Notes: generated by a model not told the origin, from the letters alone. A stretch of DNA of 54,025 bases from a virus (IMGVR_UViG_3300008448_000113:1-54025), one strand, 5' to 3'. Counted from the first letter of the stretch, positions 19,180-30,179 are shown. Numbers and translations are program-made.

Positions 19180-20565
19180 ATGGCGAATAAATCAACTACA
19201 GTACCATCACTCAGTGACTTAACAGTACAACAGATATTAGATGTCATGCGACCAAACGGACAAGTATTGGCTGTTGGCAAATACCAAGCAATACCTGTAA
19301 CATTTAAAGCATGGGTATCCGAAAAAAATATACCAAAAGATTCTGTATTTAATTCTAGTCTCCAAGAACAACTGGGGGATTGGTTGATTGCCGGAAAACG
19401 ACCCAAAATAGGAAGATTTGTAAATGGTGATCCATCTGTAACTGTAGAAGAAGCACAATTAGAATTAGCAAAAGAATTTGCTTCTGTACCTGTTCCATAT
19501 GCATTATATAGACCAAAGGGTGCTGGTGGAAAGAGTGATCCTGGTGGTCCTGTTGAAAAAGGACAATCTTACTATTACGGACTAGCTGGAAATAGGGCCG
19601 CATCCTCCATTGAAAAATATCAAAACGCTTTGTTACAGGCAAAAGCAGCAGGAAGTCTTGATTCTTTAAAAACGTTTATTGCTAGAGGAGAAGGTACATA
19701 TGATGCGTTAAATAGAGGTAGAGCTGGAGATACGAGTACTTATTCCCCGGAATATTATAACGCATTGTCAAGGGCGGGTGCTGCAAATCAACCAATATCG
19801 CAACCTACGACACCAACTACACAACCTACTACAACGATACCGACTACACGATATACGCAACAGGTTCCAAACTATAACGATTATATAGAAAAAATTTATA
19901 AAAATCCATTTAGAACAGATAGAGATGTACAAAATGAAGTGTTAAATCGAGAACTCCCGTTGTTTAAACAGTATTTATCAAACCTTCGTGGAGTAAACTA
20001 TTCTGCAAATGCTATCGGTAATAACTTAACGATAATTACTGATCAAGATTTACAGGGGGATTTGTTGTTGATAGATGGTATCAATGCAACACAAGCAAAA
20101 AAGCAAGAACAAGTAAAAACTTTGGTGGACGATAAATTAAAGGCATTTACACCGGACGCCAAGTATTCACTTATTAATTCAAAGTTGTTTGAAATGTTTC
20201 CTGATAATATGCGAAATAAAATAGCAGAAAATTCTGCAGACGGGGGTGCATCTCCAAATTATTCACATGCGTGGAGAGCACCTGGTAAATTATCCGTCAC
20301 AGCAGATTTTACTATATCTGGTATTTCTGGATTACGAATCGGTCAAATATTTTGGATTGATCGTATATCGGAAGCATATCGACAATATGGGGCATTTCAA
20401 TTATTTGGATTAACGGAAAAAATAGATATTAGTCAGGGATGGACAACATCGATACATTCACGATTTAATGCACTACCACGTAAATCCGGAGCACAATATT
20501 TGATAGATAGTACACAAAACGGTTCTAGTACGGAAACAGCCACACAATCCACGATAAGAAATTAA
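19180..20565 (+). CDS. Lysozyme-like domain fused to a baseplate hub-like C-terminus
   Basis: AVGKYQAIP, LAKEFASVP and FIARGEGTYDALNRG motifs; C-terminal TISGISGLRIGQIF...GWTTSI. Confidence 0.6.
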   Translation: MANKSTTVPSLSDLTVQQILDVMRPNGQVLAVGKYQAIPVTFKAWVSEKNIPKDSVFNSSLQEQLGDWLIAGKRPKIGRFVNGDPSVTVEEAQLELAKEFASVPVPYALYRPKGAGGKSDPGGPVEKGQSYYYGLAGNRAASSIEKYQNALLQAKAAGSLDSLKTFIARGEGTYDALNRGRAGDTSTYSPEYYNALSRAGAANQPISQPTTPTTQPTTTIPTTRYTQQVPNYNDYIEKIYKNPFRTDRDVQNEVLNRELPLFKQYLSNLRGVNYSANAIGNNLTIITDQDLQGDLLLIDGINATQAKKQEQVKTLVDDKLKAFTPDAKYSLINSKLFEMFPDNMRNKIAENSADGGASPNYSHAWRAPGKLSVTADFTISGISGLRIGQIFWIDRISEAYRQYGAFQLFGLTEKIDISQGWTTSIHSRFNALPRKSGAQYLIDSTQNGSSTETATQSTIRN

Positions 20566-20566
20566 T

Positions 20567-20983
20567 ATGGCAGAAAATATACCATTAAATATATACAACG
20601 TACTGGGTGACACCAACGTTAAACAAAAGATGACGCAGGTGTTACGTAATACACAGTCTAGTATAACGGAAGAAGATAAACTTGCTGGTATTAAGGTGAG
20701 ATATTTTGCTAGATATAAAGCAGATACGCGTGGAAGTATATATGAACTGAGTTATAACGATTATATACAAATAGAAGATAATCCATTATTTCAGAAAGTT
20801 GAAATAAATTGGATTATAAAAGGACGTTTGCAAGATACCGTCTTGACTTTTTATGATGGTAGTAGTATAATAGTAAAGGGTGTAATATCACAAAATCAAG
20901 CACTATTGGCTATCGCAAATGAACGAGTACCTGGAATTATACAACATTTGCAAAATCATATGGAGTATTGGGTGGGGGAATAA
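20567..20983 (+). CDS. Hypothetical protein (tail module)
   Basis: Tightly packed ORF in the tail module. Confidence 0.6.
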   Translation: MAENIPLNIYNVLGDTNVKQKMTQVLRNTQSSITEEDKLAGIKVRYFARYKADTRGSIYELSYNDYIQIEDNPLFQKVEINWIIKGRLQDTVLTFYDGSSIIVKGVISQNQALLAIANERVPGIIQHLQNHMEYWVGE

Positions 20984-22296
20984 TGATTGTTCAATCTGGT
21001 TATGACTTGGAACGTGTACAACGTAAATTAGAAAATGAGGTGTCATATGTGACGCCTATTTTTGTCGATCAACATCTACATCCGTGTTTAAACGAACTTT
21101 CGTCACTACATATTCTATTTGATGATAACGAGTACGTATGCATTCCATTTAACCATCCCGATGGAATTCCACTGACTATCGATGTAACTAACGCGAAAAA
21201 AATTGTAACTCTATATAAACGAGAGATACTACATGCGTTTCCTGAATTAAATCAAACAAAAGTCGAGGATGCGGCCACCATATTACATCTGGCGTCGGAA
21301 ACTATACCTGAAGTTCGTGAGTATTATACACCAACCATCCAAAGAACACTCCAGCAATTTAAGTTCAAAAATTTACATCTTAGTGTACCACTGGTGGTTT
21401 GGATGGAATATGCCCATAAGTTATTGGCATATGTTAGGGACACATATAAGAAAGAACGACCCATTGCATACAAGTTTATCAGCGATACAGTTATACCGAC
21501 ACTAACAACAATCGAACAATCGGGTATGCATATTAATCCAACCTTAATACAAGAGCATTTTGGTGAGGAGATACGACGATATCATAAAAATCATATGATA
21601 CATACCGTGTATAACCCATACACATCCACTGGACGACCCAGTAATAAACACGGTGGTATTAACTTTGCAGCGTTGAACAAAACCGATGGTGTACGTAAGA
21701 TATTCGATAGTCGATTTGGTGATGATGGACTTCTTATTCAACTGGATTATGAGGCATTCCATCTTCGATTGGTAGCAAATCAACTACAATACAAATTACC
21801 GTCTACTTCGGTTCACACATATCTAGCAGAACAGTACTACGGAACCAAAGATATTACTACCGAACAGTATGAAAAGTCAAAACAACGTACATTTGCACTT
21901 ATGTATGGAATGCAGGATGACGATGGAAACGTGGAATTCTTTCGTAAGGTAAAAAACTATACAAATGACTTGTGGGAAGTGTATGAAGACTTGGGATTTG
22001 TAGTAGGAAGTTACAATAAAAGAGTTATGGTCGATAATCCTACGCCAAACAAGGTATTTAACTACACGGTACAGTGGATGGAAACGGCAGAAGCAATGAC
22101 TCGTATTTCCGCAGTATGTGACTTCCTAAAGGATTCATTAACGAAACCTATATTGTACACATATGACGCTTTATTGCTTGACCTACATCGTTCTGAAACG
22201 GCTCTGCTACCACGAATTCGATATCTCATGGAAGGTGATACCTATCCGACACGAATGTACAAAGGTAAAACATATGATGAATTAATTTCTCTATAA
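20983..22296 (+). CDS. Compact family A DNA polymerase-like protein
   Basis: TSTGRPSN, motif A LDYEAFHLR, motif B KQRTFALMYG, motif C YTYDAL; ATG overlaps the upstream TAA. Confidence 0.7.
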   Translation: MIVQSGYDLERVQRKLENEVSYVTPIFVDQHLHPCLNELSSLHILFDDNEYVCIPFNHPDGIPLTIDVTNAKKIVTLYKREILHAFPELNQTKVEDAATILHLASETIPEVREYYTPTIQRTLQQFKFKNLHLSVPLVVWMEYAHKLLAYVRDTYKKERPIAYKFISDTVIPTLTTIEQSGMHINPTLIQEHFGEEIRRYHKNHMIHTVYNPYTSTGRPSNKHGGINFAALNKTDGVRKIFDSRFGDDGLLIQLDYEAFHLRLVANQLQYKLPSTSVHTYLAEQYYGTKDITTEQYEKSKQRTFALMYGMQDDDGNVEFFRKVKNYTNDLWEVYEDLGFVVGSYNKRVMVDNPTPNKVFNYTVQWMETAEAMTRISAVCDFLKDSLTKPILYTYDALLLDLHRSETALLPRIRYLMEGDTYPTRMYKGKTYDELISL

Positions 22297-22370
22297 ATTT
22301 AAGTTTGTAACTCATTTTATATATTTATTTAAAGTTGTTTAGTAGGTTATTTACCTCTAATGAGTTGCAT

Positions 22371-22772
22371 ATGAGTCTAGACACACAATTATTATGTACT
22401 TTTTGCGCAAAGGGTGATATAGATACCACGGTTCAAGAAATTAAAAAAGTATATAAATTAGCATTTAATTCTGTATATGTATTGAACAACGCGGATGACG
22501 ATAATCAAGTTATTTTGACGTATAATATTGATTTACGTAGTAATGCTACGGAATCTTCTGTCCCATCAACAATATCTGTGCATAGAAAAAAACAAACGAA
22601 TACAATTTACACCATCAACGCAATTAATAAGTTAATTGAAGAGAAAAATGGTGGAGTATTGGACAAATCATATAAAATAGATTGGAATGAATTGCAAAAT
22701 ACAGTATTAGTAACTGCTTACGGTCGTTTAAAAAAAGTAAATACTAAAATTTCTCATATTATAACTCTCTAA
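22371..22772 (+). CDS. Hypothetical phage protein
   Basis: ORF with QLLCTF and HRKKQTNTIYTINA segments; start refined to ATG 22371. Confidence 0.65.
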   Translation: MSLDTQLLCTFCAKGDIDTTVQEIKKVYKLAFNSVYVLNNADDDNQVILTYNIDLRSNATESSVPSTISVHRKKQTNTIYTINAINKLIEEKNGGVLDKSYKIDWNELQNTVLVTAYGRLKKVNTKISHIITL

Positions 22773-22776
22773 ACAC

Positions 22777-22805
22777 TTGACAAATATAGGTACCCCCATT
22801 ACCTT
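22777..22805 (+). promoter_or_regulatory. Sigma70-like promoter
   Basis: TTGACA-N17-TACCTT upstream of the SSB gene. Confidence 0.6.
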
Positions 22806-22857
22806 TAATCATGGGGAATTTAAACCCAATAAACTCTAAACTCTAAGGAGACAAATT

Positions 22858-23667
22858 ATGCCATTGGATTTTAATGCACTAAAAGCTAAACTCAACACGT
22901 TTACTAAGCAGTCTGACCGTAGTGAAGCAATTTGGAAGCCCACCGAAGGTAAGACCACGATTCGTATTGTTCCGTGGAAGGGGAACCGAGATAACCCGTT
23001 TATCGAACTGTATTTCCATTATCTTGGTAACAAAACCTATATCTCCCCACTGTCATTTGGTCGTCGTGACCCCATCGCAGAATTCGCAGATAAGTTGGTA
23101 GAGGATGCACGCCGTGAAGGTCGTGAGGCAGAAAAGGCTGCGTGGAAGCAGGCATCTGCTTTCCGTCCGAAACTTCGTACGTATATTCCTATCATTGTTC
23201 GTGGTGAGGAAAGTAAGGGAGTACGATTCTTCTCGTTTGGTAAGACGGTGTATCAGGACCTTCTGTCGTACATCGCAGATCCTGATTATGGTGATATCAC
23301 GGACCCTAAGATGGGTCGTGATGTGGTGGTGGAATACGTCCCACAGGAAAAGTCGGATACAAACTTCGCCAAGACTTCTGTCAAGGTAAAGCCCAATCAG
23401 ACACCTGTTGTTGCTGATACGGATTTGGCATCGAAGATTCTTGAGGACCAACCCGATATCATGACTCTATATAAGGAACCTTCCTACGAAGAACTTCGTG
23501 TTGTTCTTGAGAAGTATCTTGACCCCGATATGACTGAACCTGTTGCGAAGGGTTCACCGGAAGTAGCTAGTGTATCGGCAAAGACATTGGATGTAAAGGC
23601 CGAGATTTCCGAATCCGCCGTTGTTAAGAATGCATTGGATGAATTTGATAAACTTTTCGATAACTAA
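22858..23667 (+). CDS. Single-stranded DNA-binding protein (gp32-like)
   Basis: WKP..GKTTIRIVP, DYGDITDP..GRD and an acidic LDEFDKLFDN tail; strong AAGGAG SD. Confidence 0.8.
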   Translation: MPLDFNALKAKLNTFTKQSDRSEAIWKPTEGKTTIRIVPWKGNRDNPFIELYFHYLGNKTYISPLSFGRRDPIAEFADKLVEDARREGREAEKAAWKQASAFRPKLRTYIPIIVRGEESKGVRFFSFGKTVYQDLLSYIADPDYGDITDPKMGRDVVVEYVPQEKSDTNFAKTSVKVKPNQTPVVADTDLASKILEDQPDIMTLYKEPSYEELRVVLEKYLDPDMTEPVAKGSPEVASVSAKTLDVKAEISESAVVKNALDEFDKLFDN

Positions 23668-23672
23668 TCGTT

Positions 23673-24836
23673 ATGTCAGTAGAAAAGAAAACAAAGAAAC
23701 CAGTCCCCGCAGCGGACAGAGATGAACTTGCACAATTGATTGCAGATTCACTCAATAAGTTAAATAAGGATTCAGACCAAGTTGCATATTTCTTGGATGG
23801 TCGTGAAGAAACACCAACCGACTTTACAGATTTTATTTCTACCGGTGCAACAATGCTGGACATCGCGGTTAGTAACCGAATGGACGGTGGAATTGCCGTG
23901 GGGCGTATTACCGAACTCACTGGTCTTGAGGGATCTGGTAAGTCGTTGGTTGGTGCACAACTCATCGCTAATACACAGAAACGTGGTGGTGTTGCAGTAT
24001 TGATTGATACTGAGACAGCAGTAAATCCCGAATTCTTCCGAGCAGTCGGGATTGATATGAATAAATTGGTATATGTACACCTTTCTACAGTAGAAGACAT
24101 TTTCGATGCCATTACAAACATTATTGAGAAAGTTCGAAGTGGTAAAGACAAGGATAAACTCGTCACAATCATCGTGGACTCAGTTGCAGCAGCTTCTACC
24201 AAAAAAGAAATGGAAGCCGATTTTGGAAAAGACGGATATGCTACAGATAAAGCAATCATTATCTCCAAAGCGATGCGTAAGATTACAGGACTTCTTGGAC
24301 GAGAACGAATCGCACTAGTTTTTACCAATCAGTTACGTCAGAAGATGAACGCACCAGCGTTCAGTGACCCGTGGACTACTTCGGGTGGTAAAGCAATCGC
24401 ATTCCACGCATCAACGCGTATTCGATTGTCGTTACTTGGAAAAATTCAAGATAGTAACAAAAATGTAATTGGTGTTGATGTGAAAGCATCAATTATCAAA
24501 AACCGTTTGGGTCCACCGCATCGTACCGCCGAATTCAAGATATATTTTGATCGTGGTATTGATGATTATGGTAGTTGGTTGGATGTCATGAAGGATAACG
24601 GATTGGTTAAACAATCGGGTGCGTGGTATACGTTGGTAGACGAAACAACAGGGGAAGAATTGAAATTTCAATCAAAGGATTTCCCAAAGCTACTGGAAGA
24701 AGACAAGGCACGTAAACGATTGATTTATGAAAAGATTTGTAATGTACTAATCATGAAGTACCGTACTGAATATGATCCTGATAAGTTCACCGTAGATACC
24801 GGTGACGATGATGTTAAACAACTTCTACTGGATTAA
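23673..24836 (+). CDS. recA: RecA/UvsX recombinase
   Basis: GLEGSGKS, IDTE, IVDSVAA, FTNQLR, TSGGKA and KQSGAWY motifs. Confidence 0.92.
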   Translation: MSVEKKTKKPVPAADRDELAQLIADSLNKLNKDSDQVAYFLDGREETPTDFTDFISTGATMLDIAVSNRMDGGIAVGRITELTGLEGSGKSLVGAQLIANTQKRGGVAVLIDTETAVNPEFFRAVGIDMNKLVYVHLSTVEDIFDAITNIIEKVRSGKDKDKLVTIIVDSVAAASTKKEMEADFGKDGYATDKAIIISKAMRKITGLLGRERIALVFTNQLRQKMNAPAFSDPWTTSGGKAIAFHASTRIRLSLLGKIQDSNKNVIGVDVKASIIKNRLGPPHRTAEFKIYFDRGIDDYGSWLDVMKDNGLVKQSGAWYTLVDETTGEELKFQSKDFPKLLEEDKARKRLIYEKICNVLIMKYRTEYDPDKFTVDTGDDDVKQLLLD

Positions 24837-24839
24837 TAT

Positions 24840-25097
24840 ATGTCCGAAGATTTTATTATCGGTGCAATGAAAGCATTTGAAAATGCAAACGGTGATATTG
24901 ATAAATTCGAATTATACTTGCGTAGAAATGTAATGACTATGCAAAAACAAGTATCAACGGTGAGTAATCCACTACCATCTGAGGAAGACATAGATTTGAC
25001 TCCTGAGTTGGCTGAAGAATTGGCACAGTTGGATTTGGATAACATGAGTGATGAAGATATCATGACTTACGCACGTAAACTCGGATTATCAATATAA
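24840..25097 (+). CDS. Hypothetical acidic protein
   Basis: Tightly packed ORF. Confidence 0.65.
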   Translation: MSEDFIIGAMKAFENANGDIDKFELYLRRNVMTMQKQVSTVSNPLPSEEDIDLTPELAEELAQLDLDNMSDEDIMTYARKLGLSI

Positions 25098-25098
25098 C

Positions 25099-26163
25099 AT
25101 GACGGATCTAAATAAGTTATTTAAAGAAATGCAATTTGAAAATATCCAGCAGGAGGGCATGGGCTACAACAGCCGTGTCCTCCTGGTGGATGCATTGAAT
25201 ACATTTCTTCGTAGTTATGCGGCAATTCCAACATTGGATGATAATGGAAACCATATTGGTGGAATGACAGGATTTCTACGAAGTATCGGTGCAGTGATTC
25301 GTGATTTTAAACCAACACGAGTTGTTGTTGTATTCGATGGAAAGGGTGGAAGTCAACGTAGACGTAAGATTTATTCTGACTATAAATCAAATCGAAAACC
25401 ACCCACACGGCTCAACCGTCAATATGATATGACGACTGAGCAACAAGAAATTGAAAATATGAAGTATCAATTGGTTTCGTTAATAGAGATGTTGGAATGC
25501 CTACCTCTTACAGTATTTACTATGGATAACATCGAAGCAGACGATGTTATTGCATATGCATCGGAATTAATCACCGCACAAGGTGGACAGTCTATTATCT
25601 ATTCAACAGATAAAGATTTTTTGCAAATGATTACCGATAGTGTAAAGGTTTACAATCCTGTGAAGAAAAAAACATTCGACATTAATACCGTGGTAGAAGA
25701 CTATGGAGTACATCCCAATAATTTTGTTTTTTATCGTGCACTTATGGGCGATAAAAGTGACAACATCGGAGGAATCAAAGGAGCAGGTGAAAAAACGCTC
25801 CTCAAGATCGTCCCGGAATTGGTACAATCATCTATAATTGTTGATACAAAATTTATAGAACAAAAATATCAAGATATTAAAAAGAAACCAAAGTTAGTCG
25901 AAAGCATTTTAGAAAACGAAGATATTGTTGATCGTAATTTGCAATTGATGCAATTGCGTGATGTAAATATTTCTACTGATTCTAAAATGAAAATTGTTCA
26001 TAAGTTAGATACTGTTAAAGCAGATTTACGTAAAATGGACTTGACAAAGTTAATGATTCGTAGTAAGATCATGAGTAACTTCCCAAATTATGATATTTGG
26101 TTAACTACGACATTTGCACCACTAACGAGGTTTATAAATGGTTCCGATAGTAGCAAATCCTAA
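25099..26163 (+). CDS. 5'-3' exonuclease / RNase H (FEN-like)
   Basis: LLVDALN, VFDG, EADDVI, STDKD and GDKSDNIGGIKG motifs. Confidence 0.9.
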   Translation: MTDLNKLFKEMQFENIQQEGMGYNSRVLLVDALNTFLRSYAAIPTLDDNGNHIGGMTGFLRSIGAVIRDFKPTRVVVVFDGKGGSQRRRKIYSDYKSNRKPPTRLNRQYDMTTEQQEIENMKYQLVSLIEMLECLPLTVFTMDNIEADDVIAYASELITAQGGQSIIYSTDKDFLQMITDSVKVYNPVKKKTFDINTVVEDYGVHPNNFVFYRALMGDKSDNIGGIKGAGEKTLLKIVPELVQSSIIVDTKFIEQKYQDIKKKPKLVESILENEDIVDRNLQLMQLRDVNISTDSKMKIVHKLDTVKADLRKMDLTKLMIRSKIMSNFPNYDIWLTTTFAPLTRFINGSDSSKS

Positions 26164-27541
26164 TTATGACAGTAATGTAGATAATCTCTCCAAATATGGA
26201 ATTGAGTTTCAGACAAAGGTTCTGGCTTCGATTATATCTGCACCAGAATTTCTGGAACAATCCTTTGATGTTATTAATCCATATTTCTTTGATAGTGACT
26301 CGGGTCGATGGGTAGCAAAGAAAGCACTTAATTATTATAACGAATATCGTGCCCTCCCCACACTAGAATATTTTAAACTTGAATTAACTACTGAAACCGA
26401 TGGCGCTCTTCGTGCCGGTGTTGTTGAGCTATTGCGTAAAGCAATCGTCAAAGTAAAAGATACAGATTTAGATTATATCCGTGACAGATTTCTTGATTTT
26501 GCAAGAAACCAATCGTTGAAGTCTGCTATTGTTAAGTCTGTTGATCTTCTAAAAGAAGGTAAGTATGATTCAATTAAAACGTTGGTTGACCACGCATTAC
26601 GTAGTGGTCAACCAAAACATATTGGGTTGAATTGGAGTGAAGATGTAGAAGCACGACTGCAACGAGTATCTCGTGATACGGTACCAACTGGATGGGATGT
26701 AATCGATTCCATTACGGGTGGTGGTCTTGCTGGTGGTGAATTGGGTGTTATTGCCGCCCCTTCTGGTATTGGTAAGAGTTGGGCACTATCGACTATCGGT
26801 GCAAATGCACTTAGTAAGGGAAAGTGTGTTGTTCATTACACATTGGAATTGAATGAAAATTATGTTGGTATTCGATATGATACTATCTTCACAGGAATTG
26901 AACCTGGAAATATTCCCGATAATGTACAACAAGTAAAAGATGTGGTTGATAACGTTCCTGGTAGTCTCATCATTAGATACTACCCAGCAAAGAGTGCAAC
27001 GTGTCATTCATTATTGGCACACACGCAGCAGTTGATTGCCTTGGGACATAAACCAGATTTGATGTTGGTTGACTACGCAGACCTTCTTCGTGCATCGGAA
27101 CGTGTAGATGCACGTTATCAAGAACTTGGTGCAATTTACGAAGAACTTCGTGGAATTGCTGGTGAGTTGAATATCCCCGTGTGGACCGCATCACAAACAC
27201 AAAGATCCAGTATCCAAGATGATGTAATTCAAGCAGATAAAATTGCAGAAAGTTATCAAAAAATCATGACAGCTGACTTGGTTATCTCACTGAGTCGTAA
27301 GCTAGAAGATAAGGTCAATAAGACGGGTCGTGCTCATATTATCAAGAATCGATTTGGTGCTGACGGACAAACATTCCCTGTTGTGATGGATACAAGTATC
27401 GGCCAAATACAGATTTACGACGATAAGTCATCAAAGGGTATCTTGTTGAAGAAACAGATGGATACACAAGCATCCGAAGAAAAGAATAATTTACGAAAGA
27501 AGTTAGCAGAAATGACGGGACTGGAATCTCTTGATGAATAG
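26138..27541 (+). CDS. Replicative DnaB-like helicase (gp41-like)
   Basis: APSGIGKS, LVDYADL, WTASQ and KNRFG motifs. Confidence 0.9.
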   Translation: MVPIVANPNYDSNVDNLSKYGIEFQTKVLASIISAPEFLEQSFDVINPYFFDSDSGRWVAKKALNYYNEYRALPTLEYFKLELTTETDGALRAGVVELLRKAIVKVKDTDLDYIRDRFLDFARNQSLKSAIVKSVDLLKEGKYDSIKTLVDHALRSGQPKHIGLNWSEDVEARLQRVSRDTVPTGWDVIDSITGGGLAGGELGVIAAPSGIGKSWALSTIGANALSKGKCVVHYTLELNENYVGIRYDTIFTGIEPGNIPDNVQQVKDVVDNVPGSLIIRYYPAKSATCHSLLAHTQQLIALGHKPDLMLVDYADLLRASERVDARYQELGAIYEELRGIAGELNIPVWTASQTQRSSIQDDVIQADKIAESYQKIMTADLVISLSRKLEDKVNKTGRAHIIKNRFGADGQTFPVVMDTSIGQIQIYDDKSSKGILLKKQMDTQASEEKNNLRKKLAEMTGLESLDE

Positions 27542-27616
27542 GTAACAGATAATTTTTTCAGTAACGAGCACACTATTTATTTTTCCATAGAACCTTAACA
27601 GAGTTGGAGTAGAACG

Positions 27617-29467
27617 ATGCAGTTGGAAGCCAAGATTTTAAGTGATATTACAGTTTTTATGAAGTATGCAAAATATAATCCAGAATTACAAAGACGAGAA
27701 AATTGGAAAGAATTAATTGATAGAAATAAACAAATGCATTTGGAAAAATTTCCAAATCTAACAGATGAAATTGAACAAGCATATCAATATGTCTACGATA
27801 AAAAAATACTTCCTAGCATGCGTTCACTTCAGTTTGCTGGCAAGCCTATTGCTATTAACAATGCTCGGCTTTATAACTGTTGTTTTCTTCCTATTGATCA
27901 TGTTGATGCGTTCTCCGAAGTCATGTTCCTCTTGCTATCAGGAACGGGAGTCGGTTATTCTGTACAACGCCACCATGTAGAACAACTTCCTGAAATTAAT
28001 AAACCAACGAAGTCTCGTCGTTATTTAGTTGGTGACAGTATTGAAGGTTGGGCGGATGCGGTAAAGGTATTAGTTACTGCATATATGAAAGGAAAGGCAT
28101 TACCTGTATATGATTTTAGCGATGTTCGTCCAAAGGGTGCAATGTTACTAACGAGTGGTGGTAAGGCGCCTGGTCCAGAACCACTTAAGGATTGTTTACA
28201 TAATGTTCAAAAAATTCTCGACCGTAAAAACAATGGTGAAAAACTCACCACAATTGAAGTCCACGATATTTTATGTTACATTGCTGACGCTGTTCTTGCT
28301 GGTGGAATTCGACGTTCTGCTATGATTTCGTTGTTCGATATTGACGACGATGATATGTTGACTTGTAAGTTTGGTAATTGGTGGGAAACAGCACCACAAC
28401 GAGGTCGTGCAAATAATTCAGCAGTGATTGTTAGGTCGAAAGTTGAAGAAGAAGTATTTTTTGATTTGTGGAAGAAGATTGAAAAGAGTGGTTCTGGTGA
28501 ACCTGGTTTCTTCTTCACAAATGATAAGGATTGGGGAATGAATCCTTGTGCAGAAATTTCACTTCGTCCATTCCAATTCTGTAACTTGACTACTATTAAT
28601 GCAGGTAATGTAGAAACACAAGATGACTTAAATGCTCGTGCAAAAGCAGCAGCATTTATTGGAACACTACAAGCAAGTTATACAAACTTTCACTACTTAC
28701 GAGATATATGGAAAAAGACCACGGAGAAGGAAGCACTCGTCGGCGTGAGTATGACGGGCATTGCTTCGGGTGCGGTATTGTCCTTGGATCTCAAGGCAGC
28801 GGCAAGTGTGGTAAAGGACGAGAATGCACGGGTTGCTGCCCTGATTGGAACGAATCCTGCCGCACGTTCTACTACAGTGAAGCCGGAGGGTACTTCGTCA
28901 TTGGTTCTCGGCACATCATCTGGCATTCATGCATGGCATAACGAGCATTACATTCGTCGTATTCGTGTCGGTAAGAATGAAAGTATCTATTCGTATTTGA
29001 AGATTAATCATCCAGAATTGTTGGAAGATGAATTCTTTAAACCAAATCTCCAAGCAGTTATCGGTGTTCCACAACGTGCGCCGGAAGGTTCTGTAACACG
29101 AAAAGAGTCTGCGTTAGACTTGTTGAAGCGTGTATCGAAGGTTTGGAAAGAATGGGTGAAACCAGGACATCGTAAGGGTGCCAATAAGAACAATGTGTCT
29201 GTAACGGTATCCATTAAGGATGGTGAATGGCAAGAAGTCGGTGAATGGATGTGGAATAATCGTGAAAACTTCACGGCACTATCCGTACTACCATTTAGTG
29301 ACCACTCGTACATCCAGGCACCATTCGAAGATATCACCAAAGAACAATATGATGAAATGGTAACTCATATACACGATATTAATTTGGATGATGTTATTGA
29401 ATTGGGTGATGATACCAATTTACAGGGTGAAGTAGCATGCGCAGCAGGAGCATGTGAAGTCGTATGA
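27617..29467 (+). CDS. nrdJ: Class II (adenosylcobalamin-dependent) ribonucleotide reductase
   Basis: PSMRSL, YNCCF, NPCAEI, FCNL, TVKPEGT and C-terminal ACAAGACEV; no beta-subunit gene nearby. Confidence 0.85.
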   Translation: MQLEAKILSDITVFMKYAKYNPELQRRENWKELIDRNKQMHLEKFPNLTDEIEQAYQYVYDKKILPSMRSLQFAGKPIAINNARLYNCCFLPIDHVDAFSEVMFLLLSGTGVGYSVQRHHVEQLPEINKPTKSRRYLVGDSIEGWADAVKVLVTAYMKGKALPVYDFSDVRPKGAMLLTSGGKAPGPEPLKDCLHNVQKILDRKNNGEKLTTIEVHDILCYIADAVLAGGIRRSAMISLFDIDDDDMLTCKFGNWWETAPQRGRANNSAVIVRSKVEEEVFFDLWKKIEKSGSGEPGFFFTNDKDWGMNPCAEISLRPFQFCNLTTINAGNVETQDDLNARAKAAAFIGTLQASYTNFHYLRDIWKKTTEKEALVGVSMTGIASGAVLSLDLKAAASVVKDENARVAALIGTNPAARSTTVKPEGTSSLVLGTSSGIHAWHNEHYIRRIRVGKNESIYSYLKINHPELLEDEFFKPNLQAVIGVPQRAPEGSVTRKESALDLLKRVSKVWKEWVKPGHRKGANKNNVSVTVSIKDGEWQEVGEWMWNNRENFTALSVLPFSDHSYIQAPFEDITKEQYDEMVTHIHDINLDDVIELGDDTNLQGEVACAAGACEVV

Positions 29468-30177
29468 AATTAAAAGATTTGGTCACCATTGTTATTCCTT
29501 GTAAAAACGAAGAAAAATACATCGGACACTTGTTGGCAGATTTATTTCTTTCGTGGGAAATTGGGGGAGTGCGAATTATCATCGCCGACGCTAACTCCAC
29601 TGACAATACAAGAAATATTATCAATGATTGGTCACATGGACTGAACATTGAGATAATCGAAGGGGGTACAGTTTCCGAAGGAAGAAACAATGGTGCCAAA
29701 TTAGTTACAACTCCTTATATCCTTTTCCTAGACGCCGATGTTCGTTTTTTCAACAATTATGCTGTGTTTGATGCTGTCCAAAGTATCCACAAAGAACAAT
29801 TAGATTTAATAACTTGTAGTCCAAAAAATTATGGAACTGAGTGGCAAGCTTCATTATTGTTCTATTTGTTTGGTTTATTCAATAAAATATTCACAAAATT
29901 TACACCATTTGCAATCGGCGCATTTTTCTTAACACGCCGTAGTACATTTGAAAAGTTTGGTGGATTTCCTAACAAATATGATACATCCGAAGATTATATA
30001 CTTAGTAAACAATATAATTCGAAAAAATTTAAAATTATGAATCACTATTTCGGTCAAGATGAACGCCGATTTAAAAAGTTAGGTTATTTTGGAATGATAC
30101 GGTATATGACAATAAACTTCTTCAACCGAAATAACCTAGCACATTTTGAAAAAGCTAAGGTTAACTACTGGAACTAA
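29464..30177 (+). CDS. GT2 glycosyltransferase
   Basis: IVIPCKNEE, DANSTD, FLDAD and SED motifs. Confidence 0.85.
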   Translation: MKLKDLVTIVIPCKNEEKYIGHLLADLFLSWEIGGVRIIIADANSTDNTRNIINDWSHGLNIEIIEGGTVSEGRNNGAKLVTTPYILFLDADVRFFNNYAVFDAVQSIHKEQLDLITCSPKNYGTEWQASLLFYLFGLFNKIFTKFTPFAIGAFFLTRRSTFEKFGGFPNKYDTSEDYILSKQYNSKKFKIMNHYFGQDERRFKKLGYFGMIRYMTINFFNRNNLAHFEKAKVNYWN

Positions 30178-30179
30178 CT

